Shown here piece by piece: positions 30,393 to 40,625 of a DNA stretch of 64,000 nt (within the stretch, counting starts at the first letter, position 1; each line of letters starts with the position of its first letter). This DNA comes from an uncultured Sphingobacteriaceae bacterium. Its GTDB lineage: Bacteria; Bacteroidota; Bacteroidia; Sphingobacteriales; Sphingobacteriaceae. The DNA is taken from NCBI GenBank assembly GCA_963795585.1, contig CAWCIO010000013.1, forward strand, positions 336,770-400,769, read 5' to 3'. Made by a program: the position numbers and the translations under genes. Below the pieces are notes generated by a model, which saw only the letters and a list, made by a program, of their open reading frames with translations, was not told where the DNA came from and ran no database searches.

Positions 30393-31402
30393 TTGTTTTT
30401 AATTTCCATTAACTCCAATGCCTCTCTTAACTGATCAGGTTTCACTTTAATATTTACCGAATAAGTATCTTCTGTATCACCTTCGTTGGTAAGATAATAG
30501 TAATCATGTGCCAGCGATGAAGTCAGTGAGAAGAAGCAGTTGTTGTGTGAATCGCGGTCATTTCTGAGTTCAAGAATCTTTGCTCCAGCCGGCATGAATA
30601 ACATATTTGTAAGGCCTGCCCCATGAAGCCCAACCAGGCTGGAAGCCTGTCCCATAATATTGATTTGTTCCCCTAGATTATAATCTTCAAAACAATGTAT
30701 TTCATAGCCAAGGCTGATCAATACTTCGATTATAGCAGTTTCGTTAATTATTTTTCTTCGTGCTGCCTTTTGCCTGCTAATGTATATCTTCCGGTTTGCG
30801 TTTCCAGAGACCTTCATGAGCCTTTTTCTTAGTTCAGTGATGATCTCACTGTTATAGTTACCGGTCGGTGCAGTATGAGAAACACTAATCAAGTTTCTGA
30901 TCTTTAAGCGTTTTGATGGGTTGTAGTAAAAGACATCGTAGCCGAGTATATTTAAAGAATCTGATATATAGGATTTTGACTGGTAGGATTTGGGGAGTAT
31001 AATTTTATATTTTGCTTTAAGTCCTGAAGGCTCTCTTGATTCTTCGATAGCTATCAATCTCGGTAGAGCATCCGTAAGCCAGTGAAAATATTCAAAGCTT
31101 AGCCCATCAATGATCCAAAGTCCGTCTTCCACTAACTCGGTAAGCCGAAAAAAATATTTCAGCTTTTTAAGCATGGATTTGTGAGTTACTTCCGTGATCT
31201 CTGATAATGAAGGATAGAATTTAAAGTCATTTGGCGTAAAAAGAATATTTTTTAAGATATTGACCCTGTTGAATTTGAAAGCATATGTGTCCTCAATAGC
31301 TGAAGAAAACTCATGCTCAAAGAGGGATAGATCGCCGTCCCTGAGATTGACAGGTTTATTTCGCGTCTCGACTCTTGACTTGAAGATTGGGTTTGATTTC
31401 AT
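30389..31402 (-). CDS. Glycosyltransferase family 61 (DUF563)
   Basis: YFHWLTDALPRL, KIYISR...RRKIINE, VGLHGAGLTNMLFM. Confidence 0.85.
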   Translation of the reverse strand: MKSNPIFKSRVETRNKPVNLRDGDLSLFEHEFSSAIEDTYAFKFNRVNILKNILFTPNDFKFYPSLSEITEVTHKSMLKKLKYFFRLTELVEDGLWIIDGLSFEYFHWLTDALPRLIAIEESREPSGLKAKYKIILPKSYQSKSYISDSLNILGYDVFYYNPSKRLKIRNLISVSHTAPTGNYNSEIITELRKRLMKVSGNANRKIYISRQKAARRKIINETAIIEVLISLGYEIHCFEDYNLGEQINIMGQASSLVGLHGAGLTNMLFMPAGAKILELRNDRDSHNNCFFSLTSSLAHDYYYLTNEGDTEDTYSVNIKVKPDQLREALELMEIKNN

Positions 31403-31418
31403 TGGATGAGGACTGATG

Positions 31419-32354
31419 TTAGGATTGATTTTTAAACCATCTTTTTAGTCGGTTTTTTAACTTATTGTGTCTTTTCCATTTGTTTTTCAGATCGAAATCC
31501 CGCTCAAATAAGGCGTAATCTGCATTCTTCTCAGGAAGCATATACTTTGGATAGCTGAGTTGATTCATTTCCCCCAATGGAATATTTGCATATGGATTGT
31601 TGGCATCGAAAGTATGCGTTGCGCGTTCATCAAAACCAATGTTGGATATGAGGTTCACATTGGGGTTCACAGAAAGACTATGGTTAAAGAAATTGATGAA
31701 TGCCAGTTGATAGTCCCATGTGTCTATTTTTCCCGCCTTAAGTTCTTTAAATATATATTCCCAGCTGTCTAATGCAAAACGGTCTGTAAAGATGTTGCTC
31801 AGTTTTTCCCGGACTTCATTTTCCTGATAGTTTCCCAGCTCTTTATCATAATCGTTCCAGACCCTTCTCCAGGATGCCCAGCCCCAAACATGCGTCTGGT
31901 TGGTGAAATATACGGATTCAGAGCCCCATTTTCTTCCTTGATGAAGGTTGCAGCCGGCGATATGCCTTATTCTTGTGTCGTGCCGGTATTTTTCCAGCAA
32001 AGTATCGCAATAACTAAAAAAGCTATTGGCAGGCAGGCAGTCATCTTCCAGAATAATTCCCTCCTCTTCTTCCTGGAAAAACCAGGTTATTGCCGACGAT
32101 ATGGCTTCTTTGCAACCCAGGTTTTGGGCCCTAAAAAGGGTTTTTAACTCGCAATCCCAATCAATGGCCGTCGCTATAGCAATCGCTTCTTTACATAGGT
32201 TGAGTTCTTCTGAGCGGTCTTTTCTCGGGCCGTCGGCAGCTATGTAAAGCTTCGCCGGTTTTGCAGCTTTGATCTGCTCAAAAACACGTTTTGTAGTATC
32301 GGGCCTGTTGAATATCAGAAACAGGACAGGAGATTTTGTTTTATAGGGATTCAT
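31419..32354 (-). CDS. Nucleotide-diphospho-sugar transferase (GT-A fold)
   Basis: PVLFLIFNRPDTT, AADGPR, GIILEDDC, WGWASWRR, DTWDYQ, SNIGF. Confidence 0.85.
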   Translation of the reverse strand: MNPYKTKSPVLFLIFNRPDTTKRVFEQIKAAKPAKLYIAADGPRKDRSEELNLCKEAIAIATAIDWDCELKTLFRAQNLGCKEAISSAITWFFQEEEEGIILEDDCLPANSFFSYCDTLLEKYRHDTRIRHIAGCNLHQGRKWGSESVYFTNQTHVWGWASWRRVWNDYDKELGNYQENEVREKLSNIFTDRFALDSWEYIFKELKAGKIDTWDYQLAFINFFNHSLSVNPNVNLISNIGFDERATHTFDANNPYANIPLGEMNQLSYPKYMLPEKNADYALFERDFDLKNKWKRHNKLKNRLKRWFKNQS

Positions 32355-32362
32355 GCCGCAGG

Positions 32363-33454
32363 TTAATTTGCAAGATGTTTATAAACATTGACGGTTTTTT
32401 CTACGCAATTACTGATGGGGAATTTTAGCAATTGCCTTTCACCCGCCTGGCTGAGTTTTCTTTGAAGATCCGCATCTTCGATGACCGCCTGAATGCTGGC
32501 TGCAATGTGCTCCGGATCATTCGGGTCAAAATATTCAAGGGCATCGTCACCTACTTCTCTAAAACAGGCGATGTCACTTGCAATTACAGGACATCTGTTC
32601 TGGAAGGCTTCTAAAAGCGGCAACCCAAATCCTTCATAAAGGGATGGATAAATAAATGCTTTTGCATTGCGGTACAAACCGGTTAAATCTTCATCAGAAA
32701 CAGAACGTTGGGTAACCAGATCCTGAATCTTTAACCTGAGCAACTGCTCGGTTTCTGCCCTTTTAAACTCCCCGCCTCCGGCACAGATGAGCTTCAATGA
32801 AGTGCTCTTTAGTAGGGGAGCAACTGCAACAAGAAAAAGCGGAAAATTTTTATAAGCCCTTCTGTCGCCCACGTATAGCAGATAATTGTCTAAGCCAGTG
32901 ATCGAATCGTCCTGCATAGCCATTGAAGGTTCAAACCCATGATGGATAACCGATATTTTATCATCCTCAATGTCATAATAATGCTGGAGGTCCCGCTTTG
33001 TGGATTCTGATATGGCAATAAGATGATCTGCACGTTCGATACACAAACGTTTAGCATATGCAGAATCGTCTCCGGTATCAAAATACTGCGGTAGCCTCTC
33101 ATGGATCATATCATGCACAGTAAGCACGAAGGGTTTTTTGATCTGATCCAGGAAATACGGGTCATGATTTGTAGGATGGAAAACGTCCATTTTGTTCTGG
33201 CTGATGACATGGCTGGAGTATCTTTGATTCCATTTGTAGCGCCCTTTTTGTTTTCGGAGCAGTATACTTCCAAGCATATTGCCTAATGCCCCCGGTTGAT
33301 CATGGATATAATGATTCTGACTATAAAGTATGCTCAAATCTGATTTAATGTCCGGGCGGTTTTGCGTTTTGGCAAATAGATTTGCAAAATACCTGGATAT
33401 CCCCCCATATCGCTGCAAAGAAAATGTTTGATGGTCAAATAGTATTTTAATCAT
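32363..33454 (-). CDS. Glycosyltransferase family 4 (WbaZ/mannosyltransferase-like)
   Basis: QRYGGISRYF, TVHDMIHE, YKNF, PSLYEGFGLPLLEA. Confidence 0.9.
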   Translation of the reverse strand: MIKILFDHQTFSLQRYGGISRYFANLFAKTQNRPDIKSDLSILYSQNHYIHDQPGALGNMLGSILLRKQKGRYKWNQRYSSHVISQNKMDVFHPTNHDPYFLDQIKKPFVLTVHDMIHERLPQYFDTGDDSAYAKRLCIERADHLIAISESTKRDLQHYYDIEDDKISVIHHGFEPSMAMQDDSITGLDNYLLYVGDRRAYKNFPLFLVAVAPLLKSTSLKLICAGGGEFKRAETEQLLRLKIQDLVTQRSVSDEDLTGLYRNAKAFIYPSLYEGFGLPLLEAFQNRCPVIASDIACFREVGDDALEYFDPNDPEHIAASIQAVIEDADLQRKLSQAGERQLLKFPISNCVEKTVNVYKHLAN

Positions 33455-33574
33455 TTTATTATTGCCGTATTAATATATATTTGACAACAGGAAGCTGGAT
33501 TTATCTCCATGCTACACAATTTAATTGATTGCAAATATAGCAAGCTCAAACATTAAAACTAACCTCAATATCTG

Positions 33575-34390
33575 ATGAGTTCTGAGAACTTAAAAATTTC
33601 AATAATTACGATCAATTATAACAATGCAACGGGGCTTGAAAAGACAATTCAGTCGATATTAAGCCAAACCTATAAAAACATTGAGTATTTAATTATCGAC
33701 GGAGGCTCGGGAGATGGTAGTAGAGAAATCCTGGAACGCTATACCGCTGATATTACATTTTGGGTCAGTGAAAAAGATTCGGGTATTTATAATGCTATGA
33801 ATAAGGGCATTTTGAAGTCCGGTGGCGAGTACCTGTTGTTCATGAATAGCGGAGATATTTTTGTCGATCAATTGGTCGTATCAGATGTGGTAAATAGCGG
33901 CTTGACGGAGGATTTAGTATATGGCGACGTATATGCCGAGAACGAGCTTCGCAGGAAAAGCTGGTGCCCATCCCCGAAGCTGACATTCAATGTCTTTTTC
34001 AGAGAGAGTATTCCTCATCAGTCCACGTTTATCAGGCGTTCATTATTTGATATTGTAGGTCTATACAATGAGCAACTTAAGATTGTTTCTGACTGGGAGT
34101 TCTCTATGCTTGCCGTATGTAAATATCAATGTTCTTACAGGCATATCAACCGGTTCATCGCACTTTTCATGGAAGATGGAATTAGTTCTGATCCTAAAAA
34201 TTATGCAGTTAGAAAGGCGGAAAGGTATCAGGTTTTTGAAAAGTACTTTCCATCATTTATTGAAGATTATGAACAACTTGAAGCATTGGAGCATGAAATG
34301 AGGCGGTTGAATTTTGCCCGGAAGTCTAGGCATTTCATAAAGCGCTTCATTAAGGCAATAGGATTTGGACCTTCCGCATCTTCAGAATAA
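33575..34390 (+). CDS. Glycosyltransferase family 2 (WcaE-like)
   Basis: ISIITINYN, IIDGGSGDGS, SEKDSGIYNAMNKG, FMNSGD, IPHQSTF. Confidence 0.9.
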   Translation: MSSENLKISIITINYNNATGLEKTIQSILSQTYKNIEYLIIDGGSGDGSREILERYTADITFWVSEKDSGIYNAMNKGILKSGGEYLLFMNSGDIFVDQLVVSDVVNSGLTEDLVYGDVYAENELRRKSWCPSPKLTFNVFFRESIPHQSTFIRRSLFDIVGLYNEQLKIVSDWEFSMLAVCKYQCSYRHINRFIALFMEDGISSDPKNYAVRKAERYQVFEKYFPSFIEDYEQLEALEHEMRRLNFARKSRHFIKRFIKAIGFGPSASSE

Positions 34391-35542
34391 CCGATCGAGC
34401 TTTCTGTAGCAGGCTTGTTGTTCATAATCTGAATTGAAAGAAAGAGCTGCATATTCAGCTTGTTCCTGGTAAGCTTCAGGTTGCCTCAGCAGAAGCATGA
34501 TGTAATCCGCAAATTCTGCTGGATCGTCCGTAGCGAGGCATCCATTGTTAGTTTTGTTGATCAGACCATCTATACCTCGGATATTGCAAACAACAGGGAG
34601 CCCAAAAGACAATGCCTCTATGACTTTGATTTTGGTGCCTGTGCCAGATTGCATCGGACAGATAGCAATTTTAGCCTGATGGTAGTACGGATGCAGTTCT
34701 TCTGCAAAAGGAATCAGTGTAATGTTATCGGAATGCATCTCAATGAAGCTGCTGATCTGTCCAATGATACAGATCCTGATGTCTTTGGAAATTAAAGGAT
34801 AGACCTCATTCATGAACCAGGCTGCGCCGGCTACGTTATGAGGATTTTTACTTGCCACATAAATCAGGTCGAAGCGTCGTTCGGAAGGCCGGGTATTGCT
34901 GCGTTCCGGCTTTTCCATCATCATAGTAGCGAGGCTTACTGTTGTATCGCAGAACTGGCTGAAAAGGTATTGTTCCTCTATGGAAATCGCCAGGGCCTGA
35001 TCAAATAATGAAATCTTTCTGATTTCTTCCTGGAAGGATGCACCGATCGGATATTTTTTTCGATACTGAGCGGTTAAAAAATCATGGGTATCCAAAATGG
35101 TCTTTGCATTCCCGATGTACGGATTGTTTTCGATCAGTTTGGCCCAACTCGCGTAATTGATAAATATATAGTCATATTGCTTTTGCTTAAGCAATACATT
35201 AAAAGATTTTTTCAATCGGTAGGTGACTAGATCCGGGAAATTGATTGGGAATATTCCCAGTTTCCGCTGATAGAAAAAATTCGGTAGCTTATAGCAAAAG
35301 AAGTAATAAAGAAGGTTTTTCTTAGACGCTTTACGTGCTAATACGTAGGTATTAGTTGTGAGTCCACTTTCCTTAAACTCATTCAGGTCTGCAGTGTTCC
35401 ATTCGCCCCAGAACCATTCACTCACAAAATCAACTTCAAAGCCCCTGGACTTAAAGTAATTTAAAAAACTCAATGCCCTGATTTTATTACCTGCATTTTT
35501 CTTTATGGGATTGTCAGGCATGAAAAACAGTATTTTTTTCAT
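34382..35542 (-). CDS. Glycosyltransferase family 4
   Basis: LDTHD, GTGTKIKVIEALSFGLPVV. Confidence 0.85.
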   Translation of the reverse strand: MKKILFFMPDNPIKKNAGNKIRALSFLNYFKSRGFEVDFVSEWFWGEWNTADLNEFKESGLTTNTYVLARKASKKNLLYYFFCYKLPNFFYQRKLGIFPINFPDLVTYRLKKSFNVLLKQKQYDYIFINYASWAKLIENNPYIGNAKTILDTHDFLTAQYRKKYPIGASFQEEIRKISLFDQALAISIEEQYLFSQFCDTTVSLATMMMEKPERSNTRPSERRFDLIYVASKNPHNVAGAAWFMNEVYPLISKDIRICIIGQISSFIEMHSDNITLIPFAEELHPYYHQAKIAICPMQSGTGTKIKVIEALSFGLPVVCNIRGIDGLINKTNNGCLATDDPAEFADYIMLLLRQPEAYQEQAEYAALSFNSDYEQQACYRKLDRLF

Positions 35543-35543
35543 T

Positions 35544-37389
35544 TTACTCATCAAAAGTCTGCATATCTACCAGTCTCCGGTAGAGTCCATTGTTTTCCAT
35601 CAGTTGCGTATGACTGCCCTGTTCTACAATGACAGACTTGTCGAGCACAATAATAAAATCTGCATTTTGTATGGTAGACAGTCTGTGTGCGATGATCAGT
35701 GAAGTTCGGTTTTCCATCAATTTGTATAATGCATCCTGTACCAGTTTTTCAGATTCGGTATCCAACGCAGAAGTAGCTTCATCCAAAAGCATCAATGGAG
35801 GATTGCCCAGTATGGCTCTTGCGATACAAAGCCTCTGACGCTGTCCGCCCGATAAGCGGATACCTCTGTCGCCGATCGGCGTGTCATAGCCAAGATCCGT
35901 ATGGAGAATAAAATCGTGTGCATTGGCAATTTTTGCGGCCGCAACGACTTCCTCCATAGTAGCTTCTGGTTTGGCAAAAGCAATGTTGTTGAATATGGTA
36001 TCGTTAAATAGAATCGACTCCTGGTTTACAAAACCCATCTGATTCCTAAGCGAATCTACTTTGACATCCTGGATATTTACCCCGTCGATCAGGATATTTC
36101 CTTTTTGAGGCTCAATGAACCTTGGGAGTAAATCCATCAGTGTCGATTTTCCACCGCCTGAAGGCCCTACAAGGGCAACTGTTTTTCCTTTTGGAATTTC
36201 AAAGTTTATATTTTGCAGGATGGTTCTATCGCCATAAGCAAAGGTTACGTTTTCAAATCTGATGCCCTCGTGGAAAGGCTTTATTTCGTGTGCTGTTGGC
36301 TTATCTACAATCTCTGGTCGGATATCCATAAGGTCCAGGACGCGTTTACCCGCGGCAAGACCGGTATGTATGGCACTGAAAGAATCAGAAAGTGCTTTTG
36401 CCGGGCGCATGACCTGGGAGAAAATCGCAATGTAGGCGATGAACTCTGATGAACTCAGGCTCGACTGGCCCGAGAGTACCAGCGAGCCACCGAAATAGAC
36501 AATACCTGCAACCATCATGACGCCCAAAAACTCAGAAACAGGAGAGGCCAGCTGCTGCCTGCGAATCATTTTTTGTGTGATGACGGAATAGTTTACATTC
36601 TCCTGATGGAACCTGTCCTTAACATATTCAGTAGCATTAAAAGCCTTCACGATTTTAATACCCGACAGCGCTTCATCCAGATAGCCCAGCATATTCGCAA
36701 AACTTTCATGAGCTGCTGTTGCCTGCTGGCGTAATCGTTTTACAATCTTTGCAATGATGAGGCCCGACAAAGGAATGATCAGCAGCGAAAATAAAGTAAG
36801 TTTCACAGAGATTGAGAAAAGTAATACTATATATACAATAAGCGTAACCGGTTCTCTTGAAGACTACCTGGAGGGTATTTGTAACAGTGAATTGTACGAC
36901 CTGAACATCCGCAGATACTTTAGAAATGATATCACCCTTACGCTGGCTATTGAAATAGCCCAGGTGCAGGTTCATTACATTGTTAAATACCGTCTTTCTC
37001 AGGTTAAGGAGTGTATGTACACGGAGATCTTCCATGGTACGGGAAGAAAAGTATTTGAAAATGTTGGATAGCAATACAGAACATACGATTATCAAGCAGA
37101 CAAACTTTAAGGTTTCCTGCTCGCTGTAGGTGCTAATGAAATAATCAGTCATTCGCCTGAATTGTCCCATTACATCCCACCAGTCCTGCTCTTTAACCTG
37201 AGCGGTAGCTTTAACCACCTGGCCGGCTTTTTCTACACTCTTGTGGTTGAATAAGGTATCGAGTAAAGGAGCAAGTAAGGCTAAATTTAAGGTATTGAAA
37301 AGGATATATAGTAATGTTGTGATTACATAAGGAATAGCAAACTTTTCAATGGGTTTGGCAAATGATAATAATCTGAAATAGTCTTTCAT
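35544..37389 (-). CDS. MsbA-like ABC exporter (TMD+NBD); single frameshift near 36850
   Basis: Two overlapping ORFs; GPSGGGKST, LSGGQRQR, LLDEATSALD, IAHRLSTI. Confidence 0.9.
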
Positions 37390-37443
37390 TAAAAAATAAA
37401 ATTTTCCAAAGGTACAGAATTACTATCATGTACAAAACAGGCT

Positions 37444-38499
37444 CTATTTGTCGAGCTTTCTATAAAGCTGGAGATAAGATTTTGCAGTTTCATCCCAGTT
37501 GAAATCGGCAGCTCTTGATTTTGCTTTCTCGGCCATAAATCCTAAGCGAAAGTCATCCAGTCCTGCCTTTAAAGTTTGCTGCATTTCCTGTTCTTCAAAA
37601 CTATGGAAGTAATACGCTGCCTCAGCACCAATTTCAGGTAAGGAAGTATGGGTAGAGAGGAACACCGGTTTTCCATAATACATCGCCTCTATGACAGGTA
37701 GCCCGAAGCCTTCAGCTATGGAAGGAAACACGAATGCCTTGCAATTTTTATAGTACCAATAACGGTCTTCATCAGAAACGCTGCCCAGGATCTTGAGGCG
37801 ATCGCTCACTCCAAGTCTTAATGCCTCAGCTTCTATTTGTGCAATGTAGTTCTGATCACTTAGATTTCCGGCGATCACCAGTTCATAGTCATTTTCTTTA
37901 AGCAAGGCAGGTAATACATGGAAATTCTTTTTTGGTAAAACGGTGCCTATACTAAATAGAAAAGATTTTGAGGGCTTGTAGTTAGGATTGTTAAATTCAG
38001 GGTATTCTTTAATTGTACAACCATTGTAGATAACGGCCATATTCTTCCCTTCCACGTTGAGGAAATCCCTCACCTGCGCGGCTACGAAATGAGAAATACA
38101 GACTATGGCGGCAGCTTTATTGATGCGCTGTTGAATTCGCTCAAGATGCTTTTTTATTCTGGAAGGGCGATGTTGTTTTTCAATCAGGAAATTAAGGTCG
38201 TGTATGGTCAGTACGACCTTGACGTTTGCCGATGAAGGATAATACCGTGACACCTGATTGCTGCTATGCCATATGTCGAAAGCCGATGAGCCGGGAACAA
38301 ACAGTTTATGCCAAGGCCTCTGTATCAGATATTCTGTCCTATTGCCAAATATACCTTCCGAAGGAGCTGGTACATAGGCTGAGATGCTTTGGTCCTGAGC
38401 GGCATTTTTGATCAGTGCCTTTCCCAGGCTTTCACAAAAAGTATAGAGGCCGGTATTAGGATATTTTAGTCGCTCGCAATCAAATAATATTTTGCTCAT
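37444..38499 (-). CDS. Glycosyltransferase family 4
   Basis: LTIHDL, PKKNF, PSIAEGFGLPVIEAM. Confidence 0.9.
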   Translation of the reverse strand: MSKILFDCERLKYPNTGLYTFCESLGKALIKNAAQDQSISAYVPAPSEGIFGNRTEYLIQRPWHKLFVPGSSAFDIWHSSNQVSRYYPSSANVKVVLTIHDLNFLIEKQHRPSRIKKHLERIQQRINKAAAIVCISHFVAAQVRDFLNVEGKNMAVIYNGCTIKEYPEFNNPNYKPSKSFLFSIGTVLPKKNFHVLPALLKENDYELVIAGNLSDQNYIAQIEAEALRLGVSDRLKILGSVSDEDRYWYYKNCKAFVFPSIAEGFGLPVIEAMYYGKPVFLSTHTSLPEIGAEAAYYFHSFEEQEMQQTLKAGLDDFRLGFMAEKAKSRAADFNWDETAKSYLQLYRKLDK

Positions 38500-39398
38500 T
38501 TGAGGATCTTGTAGTTTTTGTATTCACCAATGCGCCATCCGGTAAGTTGCTCAATCCGGTGTAGCATCAACCTGCGTGGAGAGAGGGCTATTTTCTTAGG
38601 ATTGTGCTTGAAAGTCCAGTCCTGACCTTTTACAGTCTCGCTCATCGTCGCCGGATGTGAATCTGTAAATGGAGCAAGAATGTCGGCCACAGAGGCAAAA
38701 TCAAATGTTTTTTGGTCTCCAAACTGTGCAGAAGTAACCTCTTCAGGTTGGTAATAGCTGCTGAAGCGTTTTACTTTTCCTAGCAACAGGTCTGGATTGC
38801 GGCAATATGAATAGTGGAAAATGCGTGCATTCAGCAATTTGACATTCAACTTTCTTCCGTTGATGCCTTGCTCATAATCTTCCAGGGAAGGATAACTCCT
38901 GAATCCCTGGGAATCTTTATAAGAATAGAAAGATGGGTCATTTCTTATAATCCTGATTTCTCTGCGGTGCCATTTCCTGGTTGTACCGATGTGTTTGTAA
39001 TCGCCGATAAAATGAAGGAAGTTGAACAGGAAGCCTTCCACTTTCGGATCGCTTAAATGCGCTTTCATGGCCTGCTGTATTTCAGCAAGGTCATCCTCAT
39101 GGAACACCTCGTCCGACTGGATGTGAAATGCCCAGTCCCCGGTCACAGCCTTCAACCCGATATTCGCCTGCTGCGCGAATACCTTCCCGCCTTTAGTCAG
39201 CTGGTCGTCCCATTCTGTATCAATGATGCGAATCTTTTCAGAGCCGATTGCAGCTATTGCTTCGCGAGTACCATCGTCGGATTTTCCTACCACAGCGATG
39301 AACTCATCACAAATAGGAAGGATGGATTTTATAGACTCAATAACAGGATAGCCATACTTAAAGCTATTTCTCATGTAGGAAAACCCACTTACTTTCAT
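38496..39398 (-). CDS. Glycosyltransferase family 2 (LPS beta-glycosyltransferase-like)
   Basis: SDDGT, DWAFHIQSDE, IFHYSY. Confidence 0.85.
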   Translation of the reverse strand: MKVSGFSYMRNSFKYGYPVIESIKSILPICDEFIAVVGKSDDGTREAIAAIGSEKIRIIDTEWDDQLTKGGKVFAQQANIGLKAVTGDWAFHIQSDEVFHEDDLAEIQQAMKAHLSDPKVEGFLFNFLHFIGDYKHIGTTRKWHRREIRIIRNDPSFYSYKDSQGFRSYPSLEDYEQGINGRKLNVKLLNARIFHYSYCRNPDLLLGKVKRFSSYYQPEEVTSAQFGDQKTFDFASVADILAPFTDSHPATMSETVKGQDWTFKHNPKKIALSPRRLMLHRIEQLTGWRIGEYKNYKILK

Positions 39399-39521
39399 TC
39401 GGTATTGATTTTAATGACTGGTTTTTGCAATAGGAAGCGTTCTGTCGTACTGCAAATATAAAATTTAATAAATCTTATTTATAAATTCTAATATTTGCAG
39501 AAACAAATCAATGCCGATTGA

Positions 39522-40412
39522 ATGCAGGACGCAAATGCCCTTATCAAAGGAATACAAGAAGGGAATTTCATCTCCCTTGCCCGGGCCCTCAGCCTGGTAG
39601 AAAATGATATTGCACCTTATGAAGACATTCTGCGGCTTATACGTACAGACAAAGGGCTGCCTGTTATCGGGATCACCGGTCCTCCTGGTGCGGGTAAAAG
39701 CACGCTCGTAAATGCGATAGTCACGAGGCTGACAAGTATGGGAAAGAAAATTGCGATACTGGCGGTAGATCCCACCTCGCCTTTTAATTTTGGCTCCCTG
39801 CTTGGCGACAGGATCCGGATGTCCAGGCATTTCAACAACCCAAATGTTTATATCCGATCACTTGCCACTCGTGGCGCCCTGGGAGGAATATCAGGGAAAA
39901 CGATTGAGATGGTAGATGTACTGAAATCGGCCGACTTTGATCTCATCCTGGTAGAGACGGTAGGCGTGGGCCAGTCTGAAGTTGAGATTGCGGGCCTGGC
40001 CGACAAAACTGTTGTAGTACTGGTTCCGGAGTCGGGAGATGAGATCCAGCACATCAAGTCGGGCCTGATGGAGATTGCCCAGGGCTTTGTATTGAATAAA
40101 GCGGATCGTGAAGGAGCAGATGCTTTCGCCAATAAGCTCATCAAGCTAGTCTCCGGACAACATCAAAACATACCGGTTTTCAAAACTGTTGCGGATAAAG
40201 AAGAAGGTGTTGATGCCTTATGTGATTGGTTGCTTTCACCTGATTTGGCAGACGCTGACAGGAAGCTGCTGTTATTGTCAGAGCAGGCTTTTAAGATTAT
40301 ACAGCATTATAGAGTGAGGGATGTGGATAAAAAAAAGCTGTATGTGGATATTGTGGCTGCTTTTAAGCAGAATGATTTCAATATCTACCGATTTATAGAT
40401 CAGTGGCGCTAA
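39522..40412 (+). CDS. meaB: Methylmalonyl-CoA mutase-associated GTPase
   Basis: GITGPPGAGKST, AVDPTSP, LLGDRIRM, ETVGVGQSE, NKAD. Confidence 0.93.
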   Translation: MQDANALIKGIQEGNFISLARALSLVENDIAPYEDILRLIRTDKGLPVIGITGPPGAGKSTLVNAIVTRLTSMGKKIAILAVDPTSPFNFGSLLGDRIRMSRHFNNPNVYIRSLATRGALGGISGKTIEMVDVLKSADFDLILVETVGVGQSEVEIAGLADKTVVVLVPESGDEIQHIKSGLMEIAQGFVLNKADREGADAFANKLIKLVSGQHQNIPVFKTVADKEEGVDALCDWLLSPDLADADRKLLLLSEQAFKIIQHYRVRDVDKKKLYVDIVAAFKQNDFNIYRFIDQWR

Positions 40413-40625
40413 TTTAAACGGGTCATGTTCGGCAGAGGTGTCTTGAAAACAGGACTCCGGTTGTACATTTGAATAGAAATAAGCTGGTTTAACGAATATT
40501 CTGCGTACAACAATAAGTTTGGAACGGAGTTTGTACAATCGTTTTGAGAAATTAAAAATTTGTTTAATTTTGCTACACAAAAAAAATATACAATTAAAAT
40601 TTGTTTAACCTTAAAAAAGAAAATT

